From the NCBI GenBank assembly GCA_963762115.1, contig CAVXJH010000006.1:480001-544000 (forward strand): DNA of 64,000 nt, read 5' to 3'. This document shows, one piece after another, positions 19,137-29,395 of the stretch. Under the pieces are notes generated by a model, which had not been told where the DNA came from, ran no database searches, and saw only the letters and a list, made by a program, of their open reading frames with translations. Numbering within the stretch: position 1 is the stretch's first letter; every line of letters begins with the position of its first letter. This stretch comes from Candidatus Babeliales bacterium (GTDB lineage: Bacteria; Babelota; Babeliae; Babelales; JANWKD01). The position numbers and the translations under genes are program-made.

Positions 19137-20999
19137 ATGAATAATGTACAAGCATTTTTAGAACACAGTGCTTATAATATGCGTGTTTCAACATTAAAAA
19201 TGACAACGCAAGCTGGATCAGGTCATCCAACATCTGCATTGTCAGCTGCAGATTTAGTTGCAGCACTTTTTTTTTATGCCATGCATTTTGATCCTCAAAA
19301 TCCACAGAATCCTAATAATGATCGTTTTATTCTTTCAAAAGGTCATGCATCACCTATTTTATATGCCGTATGGAAAGAATTGGGTGTTTTATCTGAACAA
19401 GATTTGATGACGTATCGTCAGTTTGATTCTTGTCTTGAAGGGCATCCGACGCCACATTTTACACGTTCTGAAGCAGCAACCGGTTCATTGGGTCAAGGTC
19501 TTTCAATTGGTGTTGGCATGGCTTTGAGTGCGCGCATTGATCAACGCGACTTTTATACGTATGTCATGCTTGGTGATAGTGAAGTTGCTGAAGGTTCAAT
19601 TTGGGAAGCGGCGGAATTAGCATCATTTTATAAGTTGGATCATCTTATTGCTATTTTGGATTGTAATCGACTTGGGCAAACAACCGAAACGATGGAAGGT
19701 CATGATGTAGGCATTTTTGTTGAACGTTTTGCTGCTTTTGGTTGGCATACTTTGGTGGTTAATGGGCATGATATACATGATATAGTTATTGCGTTCGATG
19801 AAGCAAAAAAGATGTGCGATAAGCCAATTATTATTATTGCAAAAACGCTCAAAGGGTTTGGTGTTGAAAAGGCTGAAAATAAAAATGGTTTTCATGGTAA
19901 AGCATTTAGTAAAGAAGAACTTCCTTTAATTTTGCAAAATATGCAAGAACGGTTTTCTGATGCAGCCAAAAAAACTAATTATGCGTGGGAACCACAATTG
20001 CCAATACAAAAAAACAAAAAAAATGATGGAAAAGAAGGCTTAAAATTTAATATTCCGACGTTTGAGTCGGATAAAAAAATTTCAACGCGAAAAGCATATG
20101 GTTTAGCATTAGCAGAACTTGGCGCATGTATGGCAGAAGTAGTAAGTCTTGATGCTGAAGTTAAGAATTCGACGTATGCTGAATTCTTTGCCGAAAAATT
20201 TCCTGATCGATTTATACAATCATTTATAGCTGAGCAAAATATGATTGGCATGGCTGTAGGATTGGCTGCACGAGGAAAAGTTCCTTTTGCTTCAACATTT
20301 GCTGTTTTTTTTACACGAGCATTTGATCAAATTCGTATGGCAGCAATTGGTCGTGCACCATTGCGACTTGTTGGTTCGCATGCAGGTGTTTCAATTGGCC
20401 AAGATGGCCCATCGCAGATGGGGTTGGAAGATATTGCTATGATGCGCACTATTCCTCATTCAGTTGTTTTGTATCCTTGCGATGCGGTGAGCACCGTTAA
20501 ATTAGTTGAGCTTATGGCAAATCGTTCAACGGGAATTTCCTATTTGCGCACAACACGTGCAGAAACGCCACAACTTTATGATGCCAATGAAATATTTGAA
20601 ATTGGTGGCTGCAAAATTCTTAAACAAAGTGATCATGATGTTGCTTGTATTATAGCAGCGGGTATCACGCTATTTGAAGCGCTCAAAGCGTATGAACAAT
20701 TACAAAAAGAGGGTATCGCTATTGCTATTATTGATCTGTATTCCATAAAACCATTAGATAGTGAAACACTTTTGAGCGTTGCGCAAAAAGCGGGAAAAAA
20801 TATCATTACGGTGGAAGATCATTATCGTGAGGGTGGATTAGGCGAGGCGGTTGTGTATGCTCTACACAATCAAGATGTACAAATTAAGTGTTTGGCTGTT
20901 GATAAGCTTCCTCGCTCTGGAAAGCCTGAAGAGTTACTTGCTTATGAAGGTATTGATGCTGCTGCAATTATTAAATCAGTTCAGAAGTTTTTAAAGTAA
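19137..20999 (+). CDS. tkt: Transketolase
   Basis: GSGHPTS, DRFILSKGHA, TGSLGQG, GDSE..EG.IWEA, IAEQNM, GQDGPSQ; ATG at 19137 after GGAG. Confidence 0.95.
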   Translation: MNNVQAFLEHSAYNMRVSTLKMTTQAGSGHPTSALSAADLVAALFFYAMHFDPQNPQNPNNDRFILSKGHASPILYAVWKELGVLSEQDLMTYRQFDSCLEGHPTPHFTRSEAATGSLGQGLSIGVGMALSARIDQRDFYTYVMLGDSEVAEGSIWEAAELASFYKLDHLIAILDCNRLGQTTETMEGHDVGIFVERFAAFGWHTLVVNGHDIHDIVIAFDEAKKMCDKPIIIIAKTLKGFGVEKAENKNGFHGKAFSKEELPLILQNMQERFSDAAKKTNYAWEPQLPIQKNKKNDGKEGLKFNIPTFESDKKISTRKAYGLALAELGACMAEVVSLDAEVKNSTYAEFFAEKFPDRFIQSFIAEQNMIGMAVGLAARGKVPFASTFAVFFTRAFDQIRMAAIGRAPLRLVGSHAGVSIGQDGPSQMGLEDIAMMRTIPHSVVLYPCDAVSTVKLVELMANRSTGISYLRTTRAETPQLYDANEIFEIGGCKILKQSDHDVACIIAAGITLFEALKAYEQLQKEGIAIAIIDLYSIKPLDSETLLSVAQKAGKNIITVEDHYREGGLGEAVVYALHNQDVQIKCLAVDKLPRSGKPEELLAYEGIDAAAIIKSVQKFLK

Positions 21000-21189
21000 T
21001 ACATTGTTTAAATTGATATTTTATTTTGATTGTCATACATATTGAGTATTAAATAAAAAACTTGTGCGAAGTGGCATATGTTGCCCCTCTACTATAAAGC
21101 ACTTTTTTGTGTTATATTGAAAGTGTTTTATAGTATATTATGTTCAAAAAAATCAATGATAGAAATTATTTTTTTGAATAAGAGGTTGT

Positions 21190-24100
21190 ATGCATAATCG
21201 TTTCTCGTCAATTTTTTCATGGTCTTTTCTGAGTGTTTTTCTAGTAGCGCTTTCTCTTTTTTCTGATGTCTTTTGTATGTCTGGTGAGTTGAGCAAAGAG
21301 CGTCAAGAATGGCTTATCAAAACATCTCAACAGGCTCCTGAATATATAAAAATTATGAATCAAGGAGTTGAGGAGTCAGCTCAAATTGTAGCAGAGGCTT
21401 TGATTACTAGTCAAAAACCAAAAAAAAAGATAGATGAACTAAATGGTTTTTCTGTTAAAGCTGCCGTGCAAATTGCTTCAACGGTACAGTTAATGTCTCA
21501 AGATAATTCTGCAAAATTTGATTTTCGATGGCATCAAAAAAAGAGCGGACCCATAGCTACCATCGCCTTATTGAATGATCCTAAATTGCAAGGAGTTCTT
21601 CAAAAAAATTATCCTGGAAAAAAATTAAATGCTTTAAAGAAGAAATATAAAAAAAATGAAAAGGTGCCAGTTTGTGCTCGATGGCAGCCTATGCAATTAC
21701 CTAAAGATATTTCTGAAAAAGATTTTTGGAATCCTTCACAAGAATTTGGTGAGCAAGAAGATTTTGATTGTTCTTTGCGAAGATTGGGTATCGAAGCATG
21801 CACAGAAGATCCAGAAGCCATTAAAAAACAAAATGAAAAGTATGCTAAAAAAGAAGAAAATTTAAAGCCTTTAAAAGAAGCTGCTCTTGTATGGGAGAGA
21901 CAAGATGATAAAAGTGATGATGGCAAGAAGGTAAAACTTCAAGTAAATGATAAAGATGAGTCTGAGCAAAAAGCATGGCAGCAATTTTCATATAGTTTTA
22001 TGAGGGTTCTTCATCGTCACAATCAAGCTTTAGTTAACGCAGCTTTTTATGAGCGAAAAGAAGATGTGTCGAATATGCTTCATAGTTTATATCAAGCACA
22101 GGCTATAAAAAATGCTTTATTTGCTTTGCCAAACTATCATGAAGCTAAAGATAAGCAATCAAAAATATATTCCAATATAGTGCATCCTGGATTGTCCGAA
22201 GATTTATACACCGTGCATAGTTTTTTGGCAGATAAAAAAGAGGCTCAATTAGTTGTTGAGAGGCCATTGTCAAAAAAAGAGTGGATTGTTTTTGGGTGTA
22301 AGTTGGGCAAAGCTGTTTTAAATAATCCTTCAACAATAAAAGCATTATTAAAGCAAGATTCTTTGCATGAAGTGTTAGATAGTGAGGTAATGAAACGCTA
22401 TGTTGCAGGCTCACGGATACATACGTTTTTGGAGAAAAGTGGTAAGTGGGTAGATTTTTTTGACAATCATACTCGTTTAAAAGCTATGATTACCCCATTT
22501 GGTAGATATTTTATTAGGCCAACGCTAAAAGGGATTCTTTCTTTTACAAAGCATCGATTAGAAAGTAAAAAAGAAGAAAATAAACACACAATTCCTGTTT
22601 TGCAAAATACCTTAGATGCTTATGTGCTGGCTTTAAAGGATGAATATCAAAGAGCAAAAAAGATGATTGGCAATGATTCTGAAAATGTTCTTGTAGATGA
22701 ATATATGCAATTGCTTTTTAAGCAAGCCCAATTGCATTGTAAACAACATCAAATTATTCCATTCCCAAAAGAAGAAGTAGAAGAATTAAAAAAAAGTGTT
22801 ACATGGTTTGCTTCTGACGAGTTATTAAAAATGTTATCAGAAGAAGAAAAAAAGGAGCAAAGAGACTTTCTTGATTGTATTAATTTTTGGTTGCAATTTT
22901 ATGATGAAAAGATAAAACAATCTGGGTCATTAGGTGTTGTTTCTTTAGACGGTGCCACCAAAGAATATAATAAAAGTAAAAAAGATTTATTGGCTATAAG
23001 TTGTCAGATGCCGGTCATTGACAAGCCTATTAAAAAATCTCGTTGGAAGTTGCCTGTACCTGATGATTTATCGGTAGTTAAAGAAGTTGAAAAATTAGAG
23101 CAAAAAGCACAAAAGGATCAGGCAGAAGTTAGGCAAAAAAAACAAAAAGCAGTAGGGCAAAAATATTTTTCTTTACAACAATCTAAGGCATATCATACCC
23201 CAGAAGATTTTTTGGTTCCTAATAATCATATTGATCAAGAATTACGGGCATTTATTAAAGAACATTCAGATCAATATCGTTCTTTTTTTGATACTCATCA
23301 TCAATTATTAACTTTATTAAAGATTTCAACAGAAACATTTTTGAATATTTTTATAAAAGCTACATTAAATAAAGAATCTGAAGCAATTAGATTGCATAGA
23401 GATAATCTAGGGGATCAACTTGTAGAGCTGTTGCTTGAACAAAGACATATAGAAGAAGAACAAGAAAATTTAGAAAAAAAACGTGCCCATTTTTTTAATA
23501 GTTATTTTGCAAAAGGGGCACGACAAGCAAGAAGCTTCTTTAATTATTTCTATTCATTTATAAAAGATCACTATATACAGTGGCGTTTGAAGAAAACTAC
23601 TGTTACAAAAGATAGCATTAATAATAATTTGAAAGTGCTTAGAGCAGAAATTAAAAAGTTGAAGGGGACTCAAGAGTATATGGCATTTGATCAAATGTAC
23701 CGTTCAAGAATACATCAGCCATATATTACCGATCCACTTTTAGAGAAAAAAATAAAAACGTTAGTACGAGTTATAGACCCATTGTTTGAATATGCATTAT
23801 CTCCTGAAAAGCGATCGAAGAAACAATCATTAGATGAATTTATTGCCAAAAGGCAGCATAGAAAGCCTTTTTTAGTTAAATCACTTCCAATATATGATGA
23901 TGTGGCTCATGTGGCGGTGCCAAGACAAGGAGGAGCTGAATGTGCAATCCATGCTTTATTGAATGGGTTTGCATTATGTGAAAATGATATTAATTTTACT
24001 GAAAAACATTTAGGTGAATGTAGATTATTAGTGAAAAAAATTCGGCTTGCTTCAAAGATAAAATTGAAATTGCTAAAGAAAAATAAAAAAGGTTTTTCCA

Positions 24101-25008
24101 AAGATGGAAAAGTAGTTTTGCCTCTTGATGATGAATTAGCTATTGATCAAATAGTGTATCAAATACGCGATGATGATCCTCGTTTGAAAAAATATACTAG
24201 TGATTGGCTTGAGCCAGTGGAAACTACAAGATTGAATCGGTTGCTATTAGAAAGATTGCATTTACAAAAAAATGAAGTTGTTTTTATTACGGATTTATCA
24301 TGTTATTTAGATGGTGGAAAAACTATAAATCTTCAAGAAGCACGTAAGATTAGAAATATTCAAGCCGCTTTACAAGGTCATGGAAATTATAAATGTTCGA
24401 TTCAACTTAATAATTTTGTAAGTCATGAACGAACCTGTGGTGATAATGGTCATTATGTAACGCTTTATATCGAAAAAAATGGTTTAGAGATTATCTATAA
24501 AATGGCAAATTCATATCCTGAAATTTCATCGGAACAAATTTTTAATAATTTTATGAAGGTTATTCATACGCTTGATTTTCAAAATGTTGTAAAAGAAGAA
24601 AACGAAGAAAAAGTAGCGGATTTGTTAAGTCGTTTAGATTTTAAAAAAGTATTTATTGATAAAAGATTAAATCAAAATACAGCTCAAGCAAGTAAAAATG
24701 GTATTGAACAAAATAAGCGAAATATATGTTCAAAGAATGATCTTGGAGATGATTCATTGGTTGATTGGATCTTAGAGGGCGTGCGAAATAGTATTCTTTT
24801 AACTAAAGGAAAAGCTTTGTGGACGAATTCAGGGTTCAAGGATACAAGAGCAATACTATTAGATACTCTTGATGCACTTGAGTCTGCTCAAAGTAAGGTT
24901 GTAAAAGTTTATAAGGACTCATCAGAAGTTCCGCAGATGGTTATCTTAACTAATGAGCAAAAAGAATTTATAGCCGAAGTAAGACGTGCTTTTGCAATGG
25001 AAAATTAA
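21190..25008 (+). CDS. Large secreted protein (1272 aa) with coiled-coil regions and a C-terminal papain-fold/Josephin-like peptidase domain
   Basis: Signal peptide; QGGAECAIHALLN (Cys918), GHYVTLYI (His1088), MANS (Asn1107). Confidence 0.6.
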   Translation: MHNRFSSIFSWSFLSVFLVALSLFSDVFCMSGELSKERQEWLIKTSQQAPEYIKIMNQGVEESAQIVAEALITSQKPKKKIDELNGFSVKAAVQIASTVQLMSQDNSAKFDFRWHQKKSGPIATIALLNDPKLQGVLQKNYPGKKLNALKKKYKKNEKVPVCARWQPMQLPKDISEKDFWNPSQEFGEQEDFDCSLRRLGIEACTEDPEAIKKQNEKYAKKEENLKPLKEAALVWERQDDKSDDGKKVKLQVNDKDESEQKAWQQFSYSFMRVLHRHNQALVNAAFYERKEDVSNMLHSLYQAQAIKNALFALPNYHEAKDKQSKIYSNIVHPGLSEDLYTVHSFLADKKEAQLVVERPLSKKEWIVFGCKLGKAVLNNPSTIKALLKQDSLHEVLDSEVMKRYVAGSRIHTFLEKSGKWVDFFDNHTRLKAMITPFGRYFIRPTLKGILSFTKHRLESKKEENKHTIPVLQNTLDAYVLALKDEYQRAKKMIGNDSENVLVDEYMQLLFKQAQLHCKQHQIIPFPKEEVEELKKSVTWFASDELLKMLSEEEKKEQRDFLDCINFWLQFYDEKIKQSGSLGVVSLDGATKEYNKSKKDLLAISCQMPVIDKPIKKSRWKLPVPDDLSVVKEVEKLEQKAQKDQAEVRQKKQKAVGQKYFSLQQSKAYHTPEDFLVPNNHIDQELRAFIKEHSDQYRSFFDTHHQLLTLLKISTETFLNIFIKATLNKESEAIRLHRDNLGDQLVELLLEQRHIEEEQENLEKKRAHFFNSYFAKGARQARSFFNYFYSFIKDHYIQWRLKKTTVTKDSINNNLKVLRAEIKKLKGTQEYMAFDQMYRSRIHQPYITDPLLEKKIKTLVRVIDPLFEYALSPEKRSKKQSLDEFIAKRQHRKPFLVKSLPIYDDVAHVAVPRQGGAECAIHALLNGFALCENDINFTEKHLGECRLLVKKIRLASKIKLKLLKKNKKGFSKDGKVVLPLDDELAIDQIVYQIRDDDPRLKKYTSDWLEPVETTRLNRLLLERLHLQKNEVVFITDLSCYLDGGKTINLQEARKIRNIQAALQGHGNYKCSIQLNNFVSHERTCGDNGHYVTLYIEKNGLEIIYKMANSYPEISSEQIFNNFMKVIHTLDFQNVVKEENEEKVADLLSRLDFKKVFIDKRLNQNTAQASKNGIEQNKRNICSKNDLGDDSLVDWILEGVRNSILLTKGKALWTNSGFKDTRAILLDTLDALESAQSKVVKVYKDSSEVPQMVILTNEQKEFIAEVRRAFAMEN

Positions 25009-25012
25009 TTAT

Positions 25013-25924
25013 TCATTTTGTTTTAACAAAAAGTAATTGTGGCTTCTCATCAATATCATTATCATGCCAATTTTTGATTGTATGTAACATGTCAGGTAGA
25101 CATTTTAAAAACTTGTGAAAAAGAAAATCAATGTGCATTAATCCTTTTCCATCTAATTTAATCTCAATTTGCCGAACTTTTGTGCAATGATCAGGAAAGC
25201 AGCGTCCTGAAAAAAAGGTGAGCGGTTTGAGCATTTTATGTTTCTTGCGCCAATAATGAAATCCTTGCGGATCCAATACTTGAATGCTATCAGAACGAGA
25301 ATAGAATGAATAAATCGTGGTAAATAAATCATCATGGGCATAGCAGGCTGTTTGCTCTTGAATTGGGCATGCCAGTAAAATAAGTTCATCAATGCAAAGT
25401 TTGTTATTATAATCTTTAATTTTTGCCATATTAAGAGCAACATTGCCGCCATGACTGTGCGTTATAATTCTGATAGAGGGTTTTTGGTGGTACGTTTCTT
25501 CATATTCTTTTATAAGAATTTGTATCGCTTGATACAATTCTCGCGCAGCTTTAATACGTGCTTTAAAATTTAATTTCCCTGACCAGCCAAAAAAATAAAA
25601 GGTTTCGAATGAAAATAGGTCTGGTGCATGCGTGTGTAATAATTCAGCAATAGAGCGGAGATGATATTTTTTTTCAAATTTTTTTGCAGGATTAAGGCCT
25701 GGCAAACAATAAAAGAAGTTATGAAAAAAGTATTTTGAAAAAAAGGCTCTTGTGCCATGAACCCAAATGGTTATTGAAGGGGGTGCTTGAGGAACACTGC
25801 ATGCGTCATGTGTTTTTTGTCGGTCATTGAGATGGAGATACGAGCACTTTTCAAGATTAAGAGAACGGCAACTAGCCACCACAATAAAAAAAAGAAGAAT
25901 GAAATAATAGTGATTCCTGTTCAT
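25013..25924 (-). CDS. Alpha/beta hydrolase, probable lipoprotein
   Basis: VVASC lipobox-like, WVHGT, ITHSHGGN; related to 2923-3717. Confidence 0.8.
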   Translation of the reverse strand: MNRNHYYFILLFFIVVASCRSLNLEKCSYLHLNDRQKTHDACSVPQAPPSITIWVHGTRAFFSKYFFHNFFYCLPGLNPAKKFEKKYHLRSIAELLHTHAPDLFSFETFYFFGWSGKLNFKARIKAARELYQAIQILIKEYEETYHQKPSIRIITHSHGGNVALNMAKIKDYNNKLCIDELILLACPIQEQTACYAHDDLFTTIYSFYSRSDSIQVLDPQGFHYWRKKHKMLKPLTFFSGRCFPDHCTKVRQIEIKLDGKGLMHIDFLFHKFLKCLPDMLHTIKNWHDNDIDEKPQLLFVKTK

Positions 25925-25998
25925 GTCTTTTTCTATTTTTATTTTATACTTATGAATGTATAACAAAAATAGAAAAAATTGAGACGATTGTCGAATGG

Positions 25999-26268
25999 TT
26001 ATTTTGGCTTTATTGCTTTTCGCGCAAAAGCTTTTGTTTGTTCATTTCTTTGGGTTGTGCAGTGCTTGCAATCTTTTTTGCAGCGTAGTGGGTGAATATG
26101 AGAATAATCATCATACAAGTTAGCTATGTACACTTGAGAATAGCGTTCTGGAGATCCTGTAATGGGTAAATCTTGTTCATTCATGAGTGTCATATAACTC
26201 ATGGCTCGTATTTTGGTTGTACAAAAAGCTACAAGACATATACACAATGCATTAACTATTATATTCAT
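25999..26268 (-). CDS. Small secreted protein with a Cys cluster
   Basis: Signal peptide IRA|MS; H..RC...C..C; overlaps the upstream stop. Confidence 0.6.
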   Translation of the reverse strand: MNIIVNALCICLVAFCTTKIRAMSYMTLMNEQDLPITGSPERYSQVYIANLYDDYSHIHPLRCKKDCKHCTTQRNEQTKAFARKAIKPK

Positions 26269-26690
26269 TTGATTGCCTTTTCTATGCTAACTTTTGCTGT
26301 TGATATTCCTGGTGCAATCACAATATTGAGTGCTTCATGCTTAATAAAAAAGCTATAGAATTGTTCATTGGGGATTGTTATATCCAAGGTGTTGGCATAC
26401 GAGTGTTTGAGCACATCAACAACTTTTACTTTGGATGGTTGCCCGGGTTGTCTAAAGCCACCAACTGCCTGTTTATCAAACCAATAAAATTCGGGTATTT
26501 CTATTTTTTGCTCAGAATTAGCGTTAATGAGTAAGCCAAAGCTGCCGGCATTTGCTTGGGTGTTGACATAGCAATTAATGATAACAGGGACGTTCATATT
26601 GTTTGTTATGGTAAGAATTGGCGGTAATGCATAGGCATTATTGCAGATAAGTGCTAGCACAGTAATGGTCATTATTTTTTTTATATTCAT
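26265..26690 (-). CDS. Secreted hypothetical protein
   Basis: Signal peptide AYA|L; ITNN..VP motif; AAGGG RBS. Confidence 0.7.
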   Translation of the reverse strand: MNIKKIMTITVLALICNNAYALPPILTITNNMNVPVIINCYVNTQANAGSFGLLINANSEQKIEIPEFYWFDKQAVGGFRQPGQPSKVKVVDVLKHSYANTLDITIPNEQFYSFFIKHEALNIVIAPGISTAKVSIEKAIK

Positions 26691-26939
26691 TTTTTTCCCT
26701 TTAATACTTATTTAATAAAGGTTTCTTTTGTAAAAATCATATCTTTCTTGTGTTATAAGTGTAGCACTATCATTTAAATAAAATCAATAATTGAAATAAA
26801 AAGCAAATAAAAACAATAAAAATCTGTTGGCGAGAGAAGGTTTATTGAAAAATGCACATAGAATGTTTGATGAATTTGTGGTATACTATTGATGAATAAT
26901 AAATACATTTAAATATTACTATTTTTGCTTGCGTGTCTT

Positions 26940-27383
26940 ATGAATTATCTTTCTCTTATCTGGCTTTTATTAGCGTTTATTTTTCTTATCTTTGAACTGG
27001 GTCACCCTAGTTTGTTTTTGTATCTTTCTTTTTTTTGTGGATCGCTATTAGCATTTTGCGCATCATTTTTATCGTATTCTTTGTTTCACCAATTGATGTT
27101 TATGGTGATGGGTACTGCTATTTCTTTGATTATATTGGGTTATTTTTTGCGAAGAACAAAGCAATTAAATCTTAATAATGAACCAAAAACAAATATGTAC
27201 GCTCTACAAGGAAAGCGTGGGTATGTATTAAAGGAAATTACTCTAATAAGCATGGGTGAGGTAAAAATTGGAGCAGAGCGTTGGTCAGCACGATCGCTCC
27301 ATCAAGACGTTATTTCTGTAGGAGCATTAGTTGAAGTCGTGCAGGTAAGCGGCTGCCATTGCGTGGTAAAAATAATAAAATAA
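26940..27383 (+). CDS. NfeD family membrane protein
   Basis: Three TM helices plus OB-fold GEVKIGAERWSARS; precedes an SPFH gene. Confidence 0.85.
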   Translation: MNYLSLIWLLLAFIFLIFELGHPSLFLYLSFFCGSLLAFCASFLSYSLFHQLMFMVMGTAISLIILGYFLRRTKQLNLNNEPKTNMYALQGKRGYVLKEITLISMGEVKIGAERWSARSLHQDVISVGALVEVVQVSGCHCVVKIIK

Positions 27384-27406
27384 CTCTATTTTGTTGAAAG
27401 GTTTGT

Positions 27407-28393
27407 ATGGTTTTAGAACTAAGTATGGCGTTGGTTTTCGCGCTTATTTTTTTAGTTGTTGTATTGTTAAAATCGGTTTATTTAGTTAAACAAGCAGAAA
27501 CAGTCATTATTGAACGTTTTGGCCGGTATGATCGAACATTAACGGCGGGTATTCATTTGGTTATTCCTTTTATGGAAGCCCCTCGTATGGTGCATTGGAC
27601 CTATGTGAGTTCAGAAGGTGATGGAAAACGTTATTATCGTTTTACTAAATCAACCAATCGTATTGATTTGCGTGAAGCTGTTTATGATTTTCCCAAGCAA
27701 AATGTTATCACCAAGGATAATGTGACTATGGAAATTAATGCTTTGCTGTATTATCAAATTACTGATCCTAAAGCAGCAGTCTATGAAGTGGCAAATCTTT
27801 CTGAAGCAATAGAAAAGTTAACACAAACGACTTTGCGCAATGTTATTGGTGCAATGGATCTGGATGCGTCGTTGGTTTCTCGTGATTTAATTAATGAAAA
27901 ATTACGGCTTATTTTAGATGAAGCAACTGATAAATGGGGCGTAAAAATAAACAGAGTTGAATTGCAAGAAGTTAATCCGCCGCATGATATTCGTATTGCA
28001 ATGGAAAAACAAATGCGTGCTGAGCGTGATCGAAGAGCAATTATTTTAGAATTTGAAGGTAAAAAACGGGCTGCTATTTTGGATGCAGAAGGCGAGCGTG
28101 AAGCAGATATTTTACGAGCTGAAGGACAATCGCAATCAAACATCATAACAGCTCAAGGTGAAGCCGAAGCTCGTTTGAAAATTGCACAGTCTGAAGCAAC
28201 AGCGATTGCTATGATTCAAGCATCAGTGCCAAATGGTGATCCATTACCTTATATGGTTGCAATGCATTATATTAAAGCGTTGCCTGAAATGACCAAAGGT
28301 AAAGATAACAAAATGATCGTTGTTCCTTATGAAGCAACATCATTGGTTGGTAGTCTTGCGACGGTAAAAAAGATTTTTGAGTCAGCGCAATAA
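27407..28393 (+). CDS. SPFH/stomatin-like (QmcA-like) protein
   Basis: IIERFGRY, VITKDNV, QTTLRNVIG, WGVKINRVE, MEKQMRAER. Confidence 0.93.
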   Translation: MVLELSMALVFALIFLVVVLLKSVYLVKQAETVIIERFGRYDRTLTAGIHLVIPFMEAPRMVHWTYVSSEGDGKRYYRFTKSTNRIDLREAVYDFPKQNVITKDNVTMEINALLYYQITDPKAAVYEVANLSEAIEKLTQTTLRNVIGAMDLDASLVSRDLINEKLRLILDEATDKWGVKINRVELQEVNPPHDIRIAMEKQMRAERDRRAIILEFEGKKRAAILDAEGEREADILRAEGQSQSNIITAQGEAEARLKIAQSEATAIAMIQASVPNGDPLPYMVAMHYIKALPEMTKGKDNKMIVVPYEATSLVGSLATVKKIFESAQ

Positions 28394-28532
28394 CTATTTT
28401 TTGGTGCAACAGGGACAACAGCCCTTTGTGCATTTTTCTTTTATAGTTGTTTTACAATTGTTGCAGTTACATGAATGATTTTTTTCTTTATTATTTTTAG
28501 AGAACATAATCTTTTTCCTTAAGTAAAAAACT

Positions 28533-28562
28533 AGAGAGGATAGAAGTAATTCTATCCTCTCT
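28533..28562. terminator. Bidirectional terminator-like hairpin
   Basis: Perfect 13-bp stem agagaggatagaa/ttctatcctctct between convergent genes. Confidence 0.75.
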
Positions 28563-28570
28563 TTTCTTAT

Positions 28571-28789
28571 TTATTTCTTTTCCCAGGTGTTGCCTTTGCT
28601 CTTCCAGTCACCTTGTTCTTGTTCTTTGTTCAAAGATTCTGGTTTTGCATGTTTGCCAGCTTTACCGTGTTCAACTTTTGAACCATGTTCAGCTTTATTA
28701 TGACCTGTTTGACCGTGTTTTGTATGCTCTGCTTTGCCATGTTTTGCGTGATCAGCTTGTTGGCCTTGTTTTTTGTTTTCTTTTGACAT
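28571..28789 (-). CDS. Small His/Lys/Gly-rich repetitive protein
   Basis: AAAGGAG RBS; HxK/HGK repeats. Confidence 0.8.
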   Translation of the reverse strand: MSKENKKQGQQADHAKHGKAEHTKHGQTGHNKAEHGSKVEHGKAGKHAKPESLNKEQEQGDWKSKGNTWEKK

Positions 28790-28919
28790 GATGAAACTCC
28801 TTTATATGGGTTTTATTTTTAAGCCTGTTCTTTATTGAGAACCTACTTATCCTACACATGTTTCAGGATACAATAATTTCAAATAGAAAATCAATGATTA
28901 ATTTTAACACTCCCTGTTT

Positions 28920-29066
28920 TCAGCTGTTTTTCGTGTGATTATTACTCATTGTCAATAAGGCTTTGTTTGAATTGTTTTTTGGAGCAAAACTTTGTTCCCA
29001 TAAAGGTTCAATAATGGCCATAAGGCATAAGAGTGTGCTTTTTAAAATCACTTTAAGTATGTTCAT
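28920..29066 (-). CDS. Putative small protein (48 aa)
   Basis: GGGGAG RBS; MNILKVILKSTLLCLMAIIEPLWEQSFAPK...; below the ORF-track length cutoff. Confidence 0.4.
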   Translation of the reverse strand: MNILKVILKSTLLCLMAIIEPLWEQSFAPKNNSNKALLTMSNNHTKNS

Positions 29067-29151
29067 ATTTTATCTCCCCGATAAAAAAGCTTTTTGTATC
29101 TGGTTTAGGCTCATGAAAAAACTTTTTGATGTGGTCATGATGATGGAAAAA

Positions 29152-29319
29152 TTAAAGAATGATGGCAGCTGTAATAAAGGGAAAGGGGATTCTTAAGTTT
29201 GCAATAAAAAAAGGAGATTTTGTTGTTTGAATCGCTGAAAAAATTGATGAGTTAAAAATAGTGTAAAGACAATGCATGATTATAGGTAATCTGTGCAACC
29301 AGAGATGCATGCGTTTCAT
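29152..29319 (-). CDS. Putative small protein (55 aa)
   Basis: AAGGAG RBS before ATG at 29319; hydrophobic C-terminus. Confidence 0.4.
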   Translation of the reverse strand: MKRMHLWLHRLPIIMHCLYTIFNSSIFSAIQTTKSPFFIANLRIPFPFITAAIIL

Positions 29320-29395
29320 AGGGAACTCCTTTAATAAAGATATACTATTCGCTTGATAGTGTAATGACAGGATTACTATGAATGCAAGAATTTGA

